Assembly: GCA_020629635.1 (NCBI GenBank)
Contig: JAHDCX010000007.1
Location: 65,003-129,002, forward strand
Origin: Acidimicrobiales bacterium
GTDB lineage: Bacteria > Actinomycetota > Acidimicrobiia > Acidimicrobiales > SHLQ01
Direction of reading: 5' to 3'
DNA: 64,000 nucleotides
A model generated the notes under the pieces. The model saw only the letters and a program-made list of their open reading frames with translations. It was not told the DNA's origin and ran no database searches. Made by a program: the position numbers and the translations under genes. Positions within the stretch are counted from its first letter, which is position 1; every line of letters begins with the position of its first letter. Below are positions 1-13,498 of the stretch, one piece after another.

Positions 1-682
1 TCGCCTCGACGGGGTCATCGTGGCCTCGCCATCAAACCCCACCGGCACGGTGCTCGCGCCAGACGATCTCGCCGCGCTCGTGCGGTGGTGCGACGAGCAC
101 GACTGCCGCTTCATCTCCGACGAGATCTATCACGGCCTCGTCTACGGAGGAGCGGCGTCAAACACCGCCTCGGCGTTGAGCGACCGAGCGATCGTCATCA
201 ACAGCTTCAGCAAGTACTTCTCGATGACGGGTTGGCGGATCGGATGGGCGGTGCTCCCTGACGATCTCGTCGACCGCTTCGACCGGCTCGCCCAGAACCT
301 CGTGATCTGCCCACCGGCCATCTCCCAACACGTCGCGCTCGCTGCGCTGAAGTGCAACGACGAACTCGACGCGCACGTCGCTCGCTACGCCTCCAATCGG
401 GAGATCCTGCTCGAGGGCCTGCCGAAGGCGGGTATCACCGAGCTCGCTCCCGCCGACGGCGCGTTCTACATCTGGGGACGCACCGACCATCTCGCAGCCG
501 ACTCGAAACATCTGGCGGCGGAGTGGCTCCGAGAATGCGGCGTCGCCACGACTCCCGGAATCGACTTCGACCCCGAGGACGGCCACCGGTGGATGCGCTT
601 CAGCTTCTGCGGCACTCCCGAGACCATGCACGGCGCCATCGACGCTCTCGCCACGTGGCGCATGCGGTCTCTCTCTGCGTAA
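1..682 (+). CDS. PLP-dependent aminotransferase class I/II (5' end truncated by the window)
   Basis: Motifs SPSNPTG, FISDEIYHG, NSFSKYFSMTGWRIG (PLP lysine) and GAFY; TAA at 680-682. Confidence 0.93.
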   Translation, partial: RLDGVIVASPSNPTGTVLAPDDLAALVRWCDEHDCRFISDEIYHGLVYGGAASNTASALSDRAIVINSFSKYFSMTGWRIGWAVLPDDLVDRFDRLAQNLVICPPAISQHVALAALKCNDELDAHVARYASNREILLEGLPKAGITELAPADGAFYIWGRTDHLAADSKHLAAEWLRECGVATTPGIDFDPEDGHRWMRFSFCGTPETMHGAIDALATWRMRSLSA

Positions 683-727
683 CCCACTAAGGTCCTGCCG
701 ACGAGCAGCGGGACTTGGAGACGACGC

Positions 728-1138
728 ATGCCAACAGCAAAAGAACTCGAGGCGGTTCTCGCGAGGACGCCCCTCTTCGGACAAACGTCGAAGAAGCAGC
801 GAGCGAAGATCGTCCAAGCTGGCCGAACGCTCAGCTGGAAGTCCGGGAAGGTCGTCGTCGAGCAGGGTTCGCGGGCTGCAGCCTTCTACGTGATCCTCGA
901 CGGCACGGCCGAAGTCAGCCGCGGCGGCGCACCGATCAATCGACTCCGCGAGGGAGACTTCTTCGGTGAGGTGGCGCTGCTGTCCGGCGGTGACCGCACC
1001 GCAACCGTCACGGCCACGAGCGACATCGAAGTCTTTGCACTCGGACGGCCAGCGTTTCGATCGCTCGTTCAGAGCGACTCGGATCTGGCTCTCGAGATCC
1101 TGAAGGCGCTCGCGGACCGGGTGGACAACAACTTCTGA
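728..1138 (+). CDS. Stand-alone cyclic-nucleotide-binding domain protein
   Basis: FYVILDGTAEV...GDFFGEVALL...RTATV phosphate-binding cassette; no HTH; GGAG upstream. Confidence 0.88.
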   Translation: MPTAKELEAVLARTPLFGQTSKKQRAKIVQAGRTLSWKSGKVVVEQGSRAAAFYVILDGTAEVSRGGAPINRLREGDFFGEVALLSGGDRTATVTATSDIEVFALGRPAFRSLVQSDSDLALEILKALADRVDNNF

Positions 1139-1168
1139 CGATCCGCGATCGCCTACTGAGGCAGGGCG

Positions 1169-1951
1169 CTATCCGAAGTCGGGGCGGCGCTTGTTCAGGA
1201 AGGCGTCGATCCCTTCGATCGCTTCGGGGTGCCGAGATTGGGTACTGATCGCAAATGCCTCGCGCTCCATGGCCGCCTCCAGGCTTGAGCTCGCGCCGTC
1301 GATCAGTAGCCGTTTCGCCGCCCCGAACGCAGCTGTTGGACCCGTCGCCAACGTGGCGGCCAGCGCTCGTGCCTCAGCCAGCACGTCGCCATCCGCGACC
1401 ACCCGGTTCACCAGGCCCCACTCCATGGCCTCGGTGGCGCTGAGCACGCGATTGGTGAGCACCAGCTCGGTGGCGCGGCGCAAACCGACGACTCGGGACA
1501 AGAAGAACGACGACGTGCCGTCGTTGCACAGCCCGGCTGCGGTGTAGGCCATGGTGAACTTCGCCGATTCGCCGGCGAATACCAGGTCCATGGCTGCGGT
1601 CAGGCTCATGCCCGCACCACCGGCAGTCCCGCTGATCGCGCCGACCACCGGCGCGTTCATTCGGGCGAGGCGATTGAGCGCACCATGAAAGTCGATGGTC
1701 ATCTCGTGCAGGTTGGCTGCCGTCCGGTCACCGCCGTCGGCCATCTCCTTGAGATCACCCCCACCAAAGAACACCTTGCCTTCCCCCCACAGCACGAGCG
1801 CCCGAACCTCAGGCGCGGCGACGAGAAACGACGTCGCCTGACGCAGCTCGAACGCCATCTGTTTGCTCAGTGCGTTTGCCGGTGGGCGAGTGAGGACGAG
1901 TTCCCAGACACCGTCGCCGGTGTCGTCGAGTCGAATGGTCTCGAAATCCAT
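1169..1951 (-). CDS. Enoyl-CoA hydratase/isomerase family protein
   Basis: RPPANALS, FFGGGDL, GTAGGAG, EWGLVNRVV and C-terminal EGIDAFLNKRRPDF. Confidence 0.92.
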   Translation of the reverse strand: MDFETIRLDDTGDGVWELVLTRPPANALSKQMAFELRQATSFLVAAPEVRALVLWGEGKVFFGGGDLKEMADGGDRTAANLHEMTIDFHGALNRLARMNAPVVGAISGTAGGAGMSLTAAMDLVFAGESAKFTMAYTAAGLCNDGTSSFFLSRVVGLRRATELVLTNRVLSATEAMEWGLVNRVVADGDVLAEARALAATLATGPTAAFGAAKRLLIDGASSSLEAAMEREAFAISTQSRHPEAIEGIDAFLNKRRPDFG

Positions 1952-2056
1952 GGTTCACCCTCGCCCAGCGCAGGGGCGCGCCGCAACCCCCGGTCGGGCA
2001 GGACAATTCCCAACCAGGTGGTGGTCATCGACTGCGGCACGCGTCAGACTCCCCTC

Positions 2057-3436
2057 ATGGACATCCACGACTCCGTGATCGACTTGATCGGCAACACCCC
2101 GATGGTGCGCCTGCCAAAAATCGCCGAGCATCTCGACTGCGACTTCGTCCTCAAGCTCGAACTGACGAACCCGGGCGGCTCGTCAAAGGATCGGCCCGCG
2201 CTGGCGATGATCGAGGCCGCCGAAGCATCCGGGCAGCTGAAACCAGGCGGCACGATCGTCGAACCGACCAGTGGCAACACCGGCGTCGGCCTCGCCATTG
2301 TCGCCAACCAGCGGGGGTACCGCTGCGTGTTCGTGATGACCGACAAGGTCGCTCCCGAGAAGGTGGACCTGCTCAAGGCCTACGGGGCAGAAGTCGTCGT
2401 CTGCCCGGTCGCCGTTCCGCCCGAGGATCCGGATTCGTACTACTCGACGGCCGAACGGCTGGTGAAGGAGATTCCCGGCGCCTTCCGCCCGGACCAGTAC
2501 TCGAATCAGGTCAACCCCGAGTCGCACTACCGAACGACGGGTCCAGAGATCTGGGAGCAGACCGACGGCAAGGTCACCCATTTCGTCGCCGGAGCCGGAA
2601 CCGGCGGGACCATCTCCGGTGTCGCTCGCTACCTGAAAGAACAGAACCCCGACATACAGATCATTGCGGCAGATCCTGAGGGCTCGGTCTACTCGGGCGG
2701 TTCTGGTCGTCCGTACCTCGTCGAGGGGGTCGGCGAGGACTTCTGGCCGACCACCTATCACCCGGACCTCGTCGACGAGGTGGTCGCGATCTCCGATCGC
2801 GACAGCTTCATCATGGCGAGACGTGTCGCCCGCGAAGAAGGTGTCCTCATCGGCGGCTCCTGCGGAACGGCAATCGCCGCGGGCCTCCAGGTCGCCGAGC
2901 GACTCGGTCCCGACGACCTCATGGTCGTCTTCACGCCAGATTCGGGCCGCGGATATCTCTCGAAGGTGTTCAACGATGAGTACCTCGCTCGGCTCGGTTT
3001 CATCGAAGACGTCGCCGAGAATCAGACGTGCGTCTCGGCGGTGGTCGACGCCAAGGGCGACCTGAGCCGGGACCTGATCTACGTCAACCCCGAGACACCA
3101 GTTCGCGATGCGGTCGAACTGATGCGAAGGAGCGGGGTGAGCCAGGTTCCGGTCTGCAAGAACGAGCCGCCATTCGCACTTGCGGAGGTGAGCGGATCGG
3201 TTTCGGAGCTCCAGCTCATGAACGTCGCGTTCGCCGACGATTCGATTCTGGACAAGCCGGTCGAAAACGTGATGGCGGCCGGATTGCCGACGATCGGTGT
3301 CGGTCAGTCCATCAGCACGGCGGTCGAGCTCTTCGAGCAGGCCAACGCGCTGCTCGTCGTGGATGGTGGGCGACCTCGCACCGTGATCAGCCACACCGAT
3401 GTCCTCGAATTCCTCTCGCCCACTTCGGAGGCCTGA
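2057..3436 (+). CDS. cbs: Cystathionine beta-synthase with C-terminal CBS domains
   Basis: IGNTPMV, NPGGSSKDR, EPTSGNTG, GAGTGGT, PDSGRGYLSK plus a CBS pair; start moved to ATG 2057 (MDIHDSV). Confidence 0.92.
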   Translation: MDIHDSVIDLIGNTPMVRLPKIAEHLDCDFVLKLELTNPGGSSKDRPALAMIEAAEASGQLKPGGTIVEPTSGNTGVGLAIVANQRGYRCVFVMTDKVAPEKVDLLKAYGAEVVVCPVAVPPEDPDSYYSTAERLVKEIPGAFRPDQYSNQVNPESHYRTTGPEIWEQTDGKVTHFVAGAGTGGTISGVARYLKEQNPDIQIIAADPEGSVYSGGSGRPYLVEGVGEDFWPTTYHPDLVDEVVAISDRDSFIMARRVAREEGVLIGGSCGTAIAAGLQVAERLGPDDLMVVFTPDSGRGYLSKVFNDEYLARLGFIEDVAENQTCVSAVVDAKGDLSRDLIYVNPETPVRDAVELMRRSGVSQVPVCKNEPPFALAEVSGSVSELQLMNVAFADDSILDKPVENVMAAGLPTIGVGQSISTAVELFEQANALLVVDGGRPRTVISHTDVLEFLSPTSEA

Positions 3437-3437
3437 C

Positions 3438-4595
3438 ATGAGCGATCACACCGACCACCAGGACGGCTTCGAAACGCGGGCCATCCACTCAGGCCAGGAT
3501 CCCGAGCCGATCACCGGCGCGGTGATCACGCCGATCTTCCAGACCTCGACCTATGCCCAGCCGTCGCCCGGCGACCACACGGGCTATGAGTACTCGCGGA
3601 CGGACAACCCGACGCGGACGGCGCTGCAGGCGGCACTCGCCGATCTCGAGGGCGCTCGTCACGGATATGCCTTCGCCTCGGGCCTCGCAGCCGAAGACAC
3701 GGTGCTGCGTTCGCTGCGAGCTGGAGATCACATCGTGCTCGGCAACGATGCCTATGGCGGCACCTTCCGCCTGATCAGCCAGGTGGTGACCCGGGCTGGC
3801 ATCACCTGGAGTGCCGCTGATCTGACCGACCCGGCGGCGCTCGCGGCCGACTGGAATCCGGCGACCAGGATCGTGTGGATGGAGACGCCGACGAACCCGC
3901 TGCTCACCGTGTTCGACATTTCGGCGATCGCCGAGGTGACGCATGAGAACGGCGCCAAGCTCGTGGTCGACAACACCTTTGCGTCCCCGTACCTTCAGCA
4001 GCCGTTGTCGCTTGGCGCCGATCTGGTGATCCACTCGACGACCAAGTACATCGGCGGCCACTCCGATGTCGTCGGTGGCTTCGCCGCGACAAACGACGAC
4101 GACTGGGCCGGAGACATCAAGTATCTCCAGAATGCCGTCGGTGCCGTGCCGGCGCCGATGGACTGCTTCTTGACGCTCCGCGGCCTCAAGACGTTGGGGG
4201 TCCGAATGGATCGCCACGTCGCGAATGCACAGCTCATCGTCGAAATGCTCCAGGCGCATCCGCAGGTCACGACGGTCCTCTACCCGGGCCTGTCCTCCAC
4301 TCCCGGCCACGAGATCGTCGAACGTCAGATGAAGGCCGGTGGGGGAATGATTTCGTTCCGTGTCGCCGGCGGGATCGAGGCTGCGAAGGCCGTCACGACC
4401 AAGACCCGGCTGTTCACCCTCGCCGAGTCGCTTGGCGGCATCGAGTCCTTGATCGAACATCCCGGTGTGATGACCCACGCCAGTGCGGCAGGTTCGCCGC
4501 TCGAGGTCCCCGACGACCTCGTCCGGTTGTCGGTCGGCATCGAAACCGGCGACGATCTCGTCGCCGACCTCAACGACGCACTCGACGCCGTCTGA
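3438..4595 (+). CDS. metB: Cystathionine gamma-synthase/gamma-lyase
   Basis: YEYSRTDNPTR, ETPTNP, DNTF, HSTTKYIGGHSD, LAESLGGIESL; directly follows cbs. Confidence 0.88.
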   Translation: MSDHTDHQDGFETRAIHSGQDPEPITGAVITPIFQTSTYAQPSPGDHTGYEYSRTDNPTRTALQAALADLEGARHGYAFASGLAAEDTVLRSLRAGDHIVLGNDAYGGTFRLISQVVTRAGITWSAADLTDPAALAADWNPATRIVWMETPTNPLLTVFDISAIAEVTHENGAKLVVDNTFASPYLQQPLSLGADLVIHSTTKYIGGHSDVVGGFAATNDDDWAGDIKYLQNAVGAVPAPMDCFLTLRGLKTLGVRMDRHVANAQLIVEMLQAHPQVTTVLYPGLSSTPGHEIVERQMKAGGGMISFRVAGGIEAAKAVTTKTRLFTLAESLGGIESLIEHPGVMTHASAAGSPLEVPDDLVRLSVGIETGDDLVADLNDALDAV

Positions 4596-4643
4596 GCGTC
4601 CGCCATTCGGCAGAGCACTCAGACGGCGAGTGGGTGCGCGTGC

Positions 4644-7094
4644 TCAGATCGTCAACGGGTCGGGGCTGCAGGTCTGATCGATGCGGGTCCCACCAGAGCG
4701 ATAGCGGATGACGTACGTCCGATCGCCGGCAACGGGGTCGACGTCGGTGAAGCTCACGGCGTTGTCGACCGTGCCGACCCAGCCGTCGTTGTCCCGGACC
4801 TGGTAGGTGTCCACACCCGCGACGGCCGACCAGTTCAGGACGACCTGATCATCGGCGTTCAGGACCGCAGTACAGCTGAAGCCACCCCCACCGCCGGGCT
4901 GGGGCACCGTGATCGGTGTCGGTGCGCAGGTCCGGTCCACGGCAGTCCCACCGAGACGATGCCGCACGACGTAGCTGCGGTCACCAATGGTGGGAGCGGT
5001 GTCCGTGAAGGTTGTGCCGCCGATGGTGGCGACCCATCCATCGTCGTCGCGGACCTGGTAGTTCGTGATTCCTGGAATGACCGACCAGTCGAGGATGACG
5101 TGGCCATCGGCGTTGAGCACTGCCGTACACGCGTTGCCGGTTGGGACCGGCACGGTGATCGTTCCGCAGCTGATGTTGGAAACGACACCGTCGGGGCGCC
5201 AACGGACGACGTACTCATACGTGCCTGGGGCAGCCGTCAGATCGGTGTAGCTCCCGGTATCGGCCGCGCCTGTTGCGAGCCAACCGCCGTCTCGGCGCAC
5301 CGCGACCGAGGTGGTCGTCCCGTCGGTCACGTCGACCCAGGAGATGACCGGTTGGTCGTCGGCATTGAGTTCGACCGCGCACCGGGCCACACCGGGAATG
5401 CGGAAGGACGAAATCAACGTGCCGGACGTCTGGCCGACCCCGTCGAGCGCGAACACCCGTACCTCGTAGTTCCCGGGCGGCAACGTCGACGTTACTGCCA
5501 CAGACCAGTCCACTTCGCCGAGGGCGGTCGTCGTGACCGTCGGCGTCACGTCCGCCTGCGCTGGGGCAAGAGTGCCGTTGTCGCTCTGGAGCCATTCGCC
5601 CGTCGTGATGTTCTTGACTCGCACCGTGACCGACTCGAGAATCCGGTCGTCAGACGCCGTTCCTTCGATGACCGCCGGCGAGGCGATGATTGCCCCGTTT
5701 CCGGGCAGGTCGATCGTGACGACCGGCGGGGTCGTGTCTGCCGCGACGCCGAAGTCGAGGAAACCGGATCGTCCGGTGAGAATCTCGTTGAACCGATCGT
5801 TGTCGTGGCCCATGAGGAGACCCCGCTCGATGAGTGTGAGATCGAACACGCCGACCGCATTGTTCGAGCCCGGATCCCAATCGAGCGCCCGGCCATCGAC
5901 CGGATCGAGCGCCGCGGTCTGCTTGCGAAACACCGCACCGTCGGGGTCTTTGACGCTCGGGTTCTGGCCCGCGAGCGGGTCATTGACATCACACGCGTTC
6001 GCCGTGCCGGTCCAGTCCGACGTGACGCCACCGAGCGGAGCGCCGTTCTTTGGAGCGGCACAGAAGTGGCCGCCCACGTACACGGCCACATCACTGACTG
6101 CCAGCGAGAACACACTCGAGTACATCCGAGCAGACCACGTGAAGGGCACGATGCCCGTGGCATCGAGCTCGTAGCGCAGGACGGAGTCGCAGTTCGGCGG
6201 GTTGTCCCCACCCTGACCGCCCACGACGACGTAGCTGCCGTCGGGTGAGATCGCGAGGTCCCGAAGGCCGGTCAGGCATTCGCGCCGACCCTGCTGTCCG
6301 GACCAGTCGACCTCCCAGTCAGCGAGCAACGGGGTCGCGCCGGACAGGTCGACCTTCATGAGCGCTTCGCGGCTGGTGCCGTTGATCTCGCGACCGAAGT
6401 GCAGGCCCACCAGCGTTTGCGCGTCCGAGCTCAAGACGACGCCGCGCGCGATCTGGCTCCCGACTGCGCCGACGTCGAACACGAAGTCGGGATCGACGGC
6501 GCCGGTCGCTGCGTCGAGGGCGGCGTAGCCCGAACGAGCAACACCCGAGACGTCGGTAAAGTCGCCGGCGAGGTACACCGTGTCGGCCGAGACGGCCATC
6601 GACATGACGGCGGCAGATGCCGACGCCTGGAACGAGGCGTCGAGCGAACCGTCGGCATTCAGCCGAGCAACGCGGAGCGGGAACTTGTCATCCCATTTCC
6701 AGAAGCGACCGCCGACGTAGAGCGCATCGCCGTTCACACTCGGTTCGAGCGCCCGGACGGCGTTGTTGAGGACGGGCGTGAACGTCGTGTCGAACACGCC
6801 CGTGTCGATGTCGTAGGCGAAGAGATACGCCTGGTCGAGCACGGTTCCGTCCGGTAGGGCAACCTGTTGAAAGTCGCCGCCGACGAAGATCCGGTCACCG
6901 AGCCGCGCATGGGCGTAGACGGCGCCGTCGAGAACGACGGGAACATCGCGTCGGGGCGACTCGGGAACCAGTTGGCCGTGGTTGATCGCGGCGTCGGCCG
7001 TGAATGGAGCCGATCCGACGGCGAACGCAACGCCAATCATCAAGGCGATGGCGACGGCGATCGGAACGAGCAGTCGCGGTGCATGTCGTGTCAT
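4644..7094 (-). CDS. Secreted surface protein: beta-propeller, Ig-like domain and three C-terminal FnIII-like repeats
   Basis: Signal peptide; repeated V(Y/F)VGGxF blades; DTTPPVVTI Ig-like domain; three ~90-aa C-x-A-x-LNAD...VRxxxGW...C repeats. Confidence 0.75.
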   Translation of the reverse strand: MTRHAPRLLVPIAVAIALMIGVAFAVGSAPFTADAAINHGQLVPESPRRDVPVVLDGAVYAHARLGDRIFVGGDFQQVALPDGTVLDQAYLFAYDIDTGVFDTTFTPVLNNAVRALEPSVNGDALYVGGRFWKWDDKFPLRVARLNADGSLDASFQASASAAVMSMAVSADTVYLAGDFTDVSGVARSGYAALDAATGAVDPDFVFDVGAVGSQIARGVVLSSDAQTLVGLHFGREINGTSREALMKVDLSGATPLLADWEVDWSGQQGRRECLTGLRDLAISPDGSYVVVGGQGGDNPPNCDSVLRYELDATGIVPFTWSARMYSSVFSLAVSDVAVYVGGHFCAAPKNGAPLGGVTSDWTGTANACDVNDPLAGQNPSVKDPDGAVFRKQTAALDPVDGRALDWDPGSNNAVGVFDLTLIERGLLMGHDNDRFNEILTGRSGFLDFGVAADTTPPVVTIDLPGNGAIIASPAVIEGTASDDRILESVTVRVKNITTGEWLQSDNGTLAPAQADVTPTVTTTALGEVDWSVAVTSTLPPGNYEVRVFALDGVGQTSGTLISSFRIPGVARCAVELNADDQPVISWVDVTDGTTTSVAVRRDGGWLATGAADTGSYTDLTAAPGTYEYVVRWRPDGVVSNISCGTITVPVPTGNACTAVLNADGHVILDWSVIPGITNYQVRDDDGWVATIGGTTFTDTAPTIGDRSYVVRHRLGGTAVDRTCAPTPITVPQPGGGGGFSCTAVLNADDQVVLNWSAVAGVDTYQVRDNDGWVGTVDNAVSFTDVDPVAGDRTYVIRYRSGGTRIDQTCSPDPLTI

Positions 7095-7188
7095 GTAGAC
7101 GAAAATATCGCCCACATGTGGTGATGTCTGTGAGTCGTTTGCCTACGTCACGTGGTTGGAATACCCGTCATCACTCTGAAATACGACA

Positions 7189-7218
7189 GGGTCACGCAGC
7201 TTGAACGCTGCGTGACCC
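7189..7218 (-). terminator. Probable intrinsic terminator after the Tad-like gene
   Basis: Perfect 12-bp stem GGGTCACGCAGC/GCTGCGTGACCC with 6-nt loop, followed on the minus strand by TGTCGTATTT. Confidence 0.65.
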
Positions 7219-7283
7219 CATCGGTGCGAACCGTGAGATTCCCGGCTCGTCGCCCAAGAATCGGCGACCAGTCGCGGTGTCGG

Positions 7284-9299
7284 TCAGTCGGTGAGCGTGG
7301 GCTGGACGACCAGTTCGAGGTCGGCCGTGATCGGTTCGGTCCAGATCGGCTTGCCGTCCTCGAGCTTCGCGTTCACGACCAACTTGAGCTTGAGCTCATC
7401 CGCGGCCGGGCTTGCTCCGCCGAGATCCATGATTCCGCCGTTTGCGACCAGGTCCTCGTTGTCGAGAACGACCTTGCCGCCGGGTTCGGTGACCGTGGCA
7501 TGAAGCGAGTCGACCATCCCCATCAGCTCGAGTGGCACCCGGACCTCGCCCCACTTGTTCGAGCCGTCCACGCAGGTGCACGGCTTGATCGTGGTCTCGA
7601 CCTCGGTGTCCACGCAGGCGGTCATGCCGACCGGGTTGAAGCTGTAGAAGATCGAGTTGTGGCCAAGTCCGAGGATGCACTGGGCCGAGACCTGCGCAAA
7701 TCCGTACGGGTTCACCGTCTTGTTGCCCTCGACGAGATCCGACGCCTTCACGATGCCGCAGCCCGAGTTGGTCTCCCAGTTCCAGCAGCCGACCCGGTCG
7801 GAGTTGCCACCGGCGAAGAACGTCAGCTTGTTCTCCCACGTGATGGTGTCTCCACCCCAGCTCTGGTCGAGCGGAGCGAGGTAGGTGCTGAGGGCCGTGA
7901 GCTCGGTCTGGGCCGTGCCGGCCAAGTTCACGCAGGCGTTGCGACGTTGGATGATGTCGGTCGTGCAGATGCCGATCTCATTGCCCTTGTCGTCGTAGCG
8001 GAAGTGCGTCAGGTGATCGTCGCCGCCAGCGCCAAGTTGTGCAGCGAACTGCACGCCGGCCCAGCAGGAGCTGTTCGTGGCGAAGTCCCAGCAATGGAAC
8101 AGCTGGCCACTGCTCGTGTCATGGCTGAGGTACACCTTCGAGCCGAGCTGTTCACCGTGAACGATCTGACCCGTCGTGTTGAGGCCCGGCAGGCGGGTGT
8201 CGCCGTAGGCGCCGGTCTTCCATTCGCCGCAGAGTTCCATTCCCTTGGTGACGCACGCCATCTGGCCGTCCTGGGTGATGATGTACAGCCTGCCGTTGTA
8301 CTCCCACGGTCCCGTCACGTTGATCACGTTCGGGTAGGCGTCGCCGCCCTTGTAGTCGAAGACGTCGATGAAGTCCTTCCCACAGAACGCCCGAGCGACC
8401 ACGTCGAAGCAGGCGAGACCCGAGCGATCGTCGCCTCGGATCGCCGAGGTGAAGTAGATCTTGCCGTTCGCCTCGTCGATGTACTCGACCGGGCGGTTGC
8501 CCGTCTTGTGGTTGGACAGGTTGTAGTGGTTGCCGTCTGCGCGGCACGCCTTCTCGGTGTCGCGGTCCATGCAGATGATGTCGCCCTCGGTGCCGCGGTT
8601 GTGGTGGTTGACCGCCCAGATCTCATCGTCGCCGTAGAGCAGCGGTCCGTAGCCGTCGCCACGACCGGTGGCCTGGAAGCCGGCGAACGGTGCGTTGAGA
8701 ACGATCGGCACCTTGCACACTGCGCCGCAGTTCGACAGCGTCGAGCTGGACTCGCGGGTGATCTCCGGAGCGTCACGGACCAACGAGGAGAAGTACTGTG
8801 CTCCTGGCTTGGAGACCGTGACGACCATCTGGGCGTCGAGCGTGCGCACGATCTGGATCTCGGTGCCGTCGTCTGCGGTGACGGTCGCCTGAGATTCTCC
8901 GGTTGGAGGCGGCACGATGAGATACGTCGGCGGATTCGACACCGAGATTCCCGATGCCTCGAAGATGCCGATGATCGTCGCCAGCGCCTCGGTCATCGCC
9001 TTCTCTTCGAGATCCTGACGCTGGGCAGCGGTGAGCTCGGTCCAGGCGCTCTTGCCCTTGTCGTCGAAGTCGGCACGGACCTCTGCCTGGTACGCCTGAA
9101 TGCCGTTCAGTGAGCCGACATCAGCGGTGCGCTGTTGCGACTGGCCTTGCCGGTACCACGCACCGAGATCGGTGGCGAAGGCGGCGATGAGCAGCAAGAG
9201 AATCATGACCAAGGCCGAGAGGACGAGGATTGCGCCTCGATCATCGGCTGCGTGTGAACGTCCCCGGAGTCGGGTCGTGGTTGCGCGAAGTGCAGACAT
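7284..9299 (-). CDS. TadG/TadE-like pseudopilin with a large Cys-rich extracellular domain (putative Tad pilus adhesin)
   Basis: DDRG/AILVLSALVMILLLLIAAFATDLG...QRTAD is the Tad N-terminal prepilin motif; repeated Cys pairs follow. Confidence 0.72.
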   Translation of the reverse strand: MSALRATTTRLRGRSHAADDRGAILVLSALVMILLLLIAAFATDLGAWYRQGQSQQRTADVGSLNGIQAYQAEVRADFDDKGKSAWTELTAAQRQDLEEKAMTEALATIIGIFEASGISVSNPPTYLIVPPPTGESQATVTADDGTEIQIVRTLDAQMVVTVSKPGAQYFSSLVRDAPEITRESSSTLSNCGAVCKVPIVLNAPFAGFQATGRGDGYGPLLYGDDEIWAVNHHNRGTEGDIICMDRDTEKACRADGNHYNLSNHKTGNRPVEYIDEANGKIYFTSAIRGDDRSGLACFDVVARAFCGKDFIDVFDYKGGDAYPNVINVTGPWEYNGRLYIITQDGQMACVTKGMELCGEWKTGAYGDTRLPGLNTTGQIVHGEQLGSKVYLSHDTSSGQLFHCWDFATNSSCWAGVQFAAQLGAGGDDHLTHFRYDDKGNEIGICTTDIIQRRNACVNLAGTAQTELTALSTYLAPLDQSWGGDTITWENKLTFFAGGNSDRVGCWNWETNSGCGIVKASDLVEGNKTVNPYGFAQVSAQCILGLGHNSIFYSFNPVGMTACVDTEVETTIKPCTCVDGSNKWGEVRVPLELMGMVDSLHATVTEPGGKVVLDNEDLVANGGIMDLGGASPAADELKLKLVVNAKLEDGKPIWTEPITADLELVVQPTLTD

Positions 9300-9383
9300 G
9301 ACGAGTTCTACGGAACGTTGGCGAAAAATCCGTATGGGTCGGACGAACCGACCCCCAGACCCAGCTCGCTAGCCTTCGGACCC

Positions 9384-12511
<3,128 letters not shown>

Positions 12512-12515
<4 letters not shown>

Positions 12516-13279
12516 GTTCACGCGGCGATGGGTCGCCGCGTGACCGGTTCCTGACCGTCATGGGCCGAAAGCCCGTCATCGAAGCCCTCCACGACGAGAG
12601 CCTTCGCATCGACAAGATCCTGCTCGCCGACCGAGCCCACGGCCCGGAGATCGACACGATTGCTGGCATGGCGGCAAGTCGTCGAGTCCCCGTCGAGCGC
12701 GTCCCCGAACGAACGGTCACGAACGTGGCCCGATCCGGTCGGCATCACCAGGGAGTCGTCGCGGACGTGCTCGTGCCAGCGATGGAACGGCTCGACGACT
12801 TCTGCGAACGACGTCGTCGCGGCAGAGACTGGGCGTGTCACATCCTCGTCCTCGACGAGGTCCACAATCCGGCCAACGTCGGGATGATCCTCCGATCGGC
12901 CTCTGCCGCGGGAATCGCCGGCGTCGTGGTGCCCCATCGCGGGACCGCAGACATCGGGCCGGTGGCGATCAAGGCCTCGGCCGGTGTCGCATTTCGTGCG
13001 CCCATCCTTCGTTGTGAAGACACCGCCGAGGCCCTCACGATCCTCGACGAGCACCGCTTTGAGCTGATTGGCATCGACATGGGAGGCCCAGACGTGTTCG
13101 ACGCTCCCCTCCCCGAACGTGGCGCCTTCGTCATCGGCAACGAATCGAGTGGTCTCAGCGCCCGCACACGTGCGGCGATGACCAGCATCGTCTCCATCCC
13201 GCTGGAGTCCGGGGTCGAATCGCTCAACGCGGCTGTGGCGGCCTCGATCGTCGCCTACGAGAGTCGCCGCCGCCGCTGA
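12512..13279 (+). CDS. TrmH/SpoU-family RNA 2'-O-methyltransferase (RlmB-like)
   Basis: HQGVVA, LDEVHNPANVGMILRSA, IGNESSG, VESLNAAVA; GTG start overlaps the ileS stop (GTGA). Confidence 0.9.
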
Positions 13280-13498
13280 TCAGGCGAGAAATGACCGCTC
13301 GGCTCGGGATGCGTCGCTGACGTCTCCACCCATGAACTCATCGAACCGCAGGTCCAGGGTCTCGTCGACGACAACGTCGTCTTCACGCCAGAGCTCGTCG
13401 ATGTCTTGATCGAGTTGTGCTTCGACCGGAACCGGAGGCGGTTTGACGGTGCCGGTGGCGCCAACGCCCCAGTTCGAGGTCTCGAGTCGGTTGTTCAT
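13280..13498 (-). CDS. Small acidic hypothetical protein (~72 aa)
   Basis: MNNRLETSNWG...DQDIDELWREDDVVVDETLDLRFDEF fills the gap downstream of nrdB; no family recognised and the start is uncertain. Confidence 0.45.
   Translation of the reverse strand: MNNRLETSNWGVGATGTVKPPPVPVEAQLDQDIDELWREDDVVVDETLDLRFDEFMGGDVSDASRAERSFLA

Noticed and set aside
1952-2056. SAM riboswitch upstream of cbs-metB
   Set aside because: Only a GCAACC fragment resembles SAM-I/IV; other conserved elements are absent and the gap is short and shared with a divergent gene
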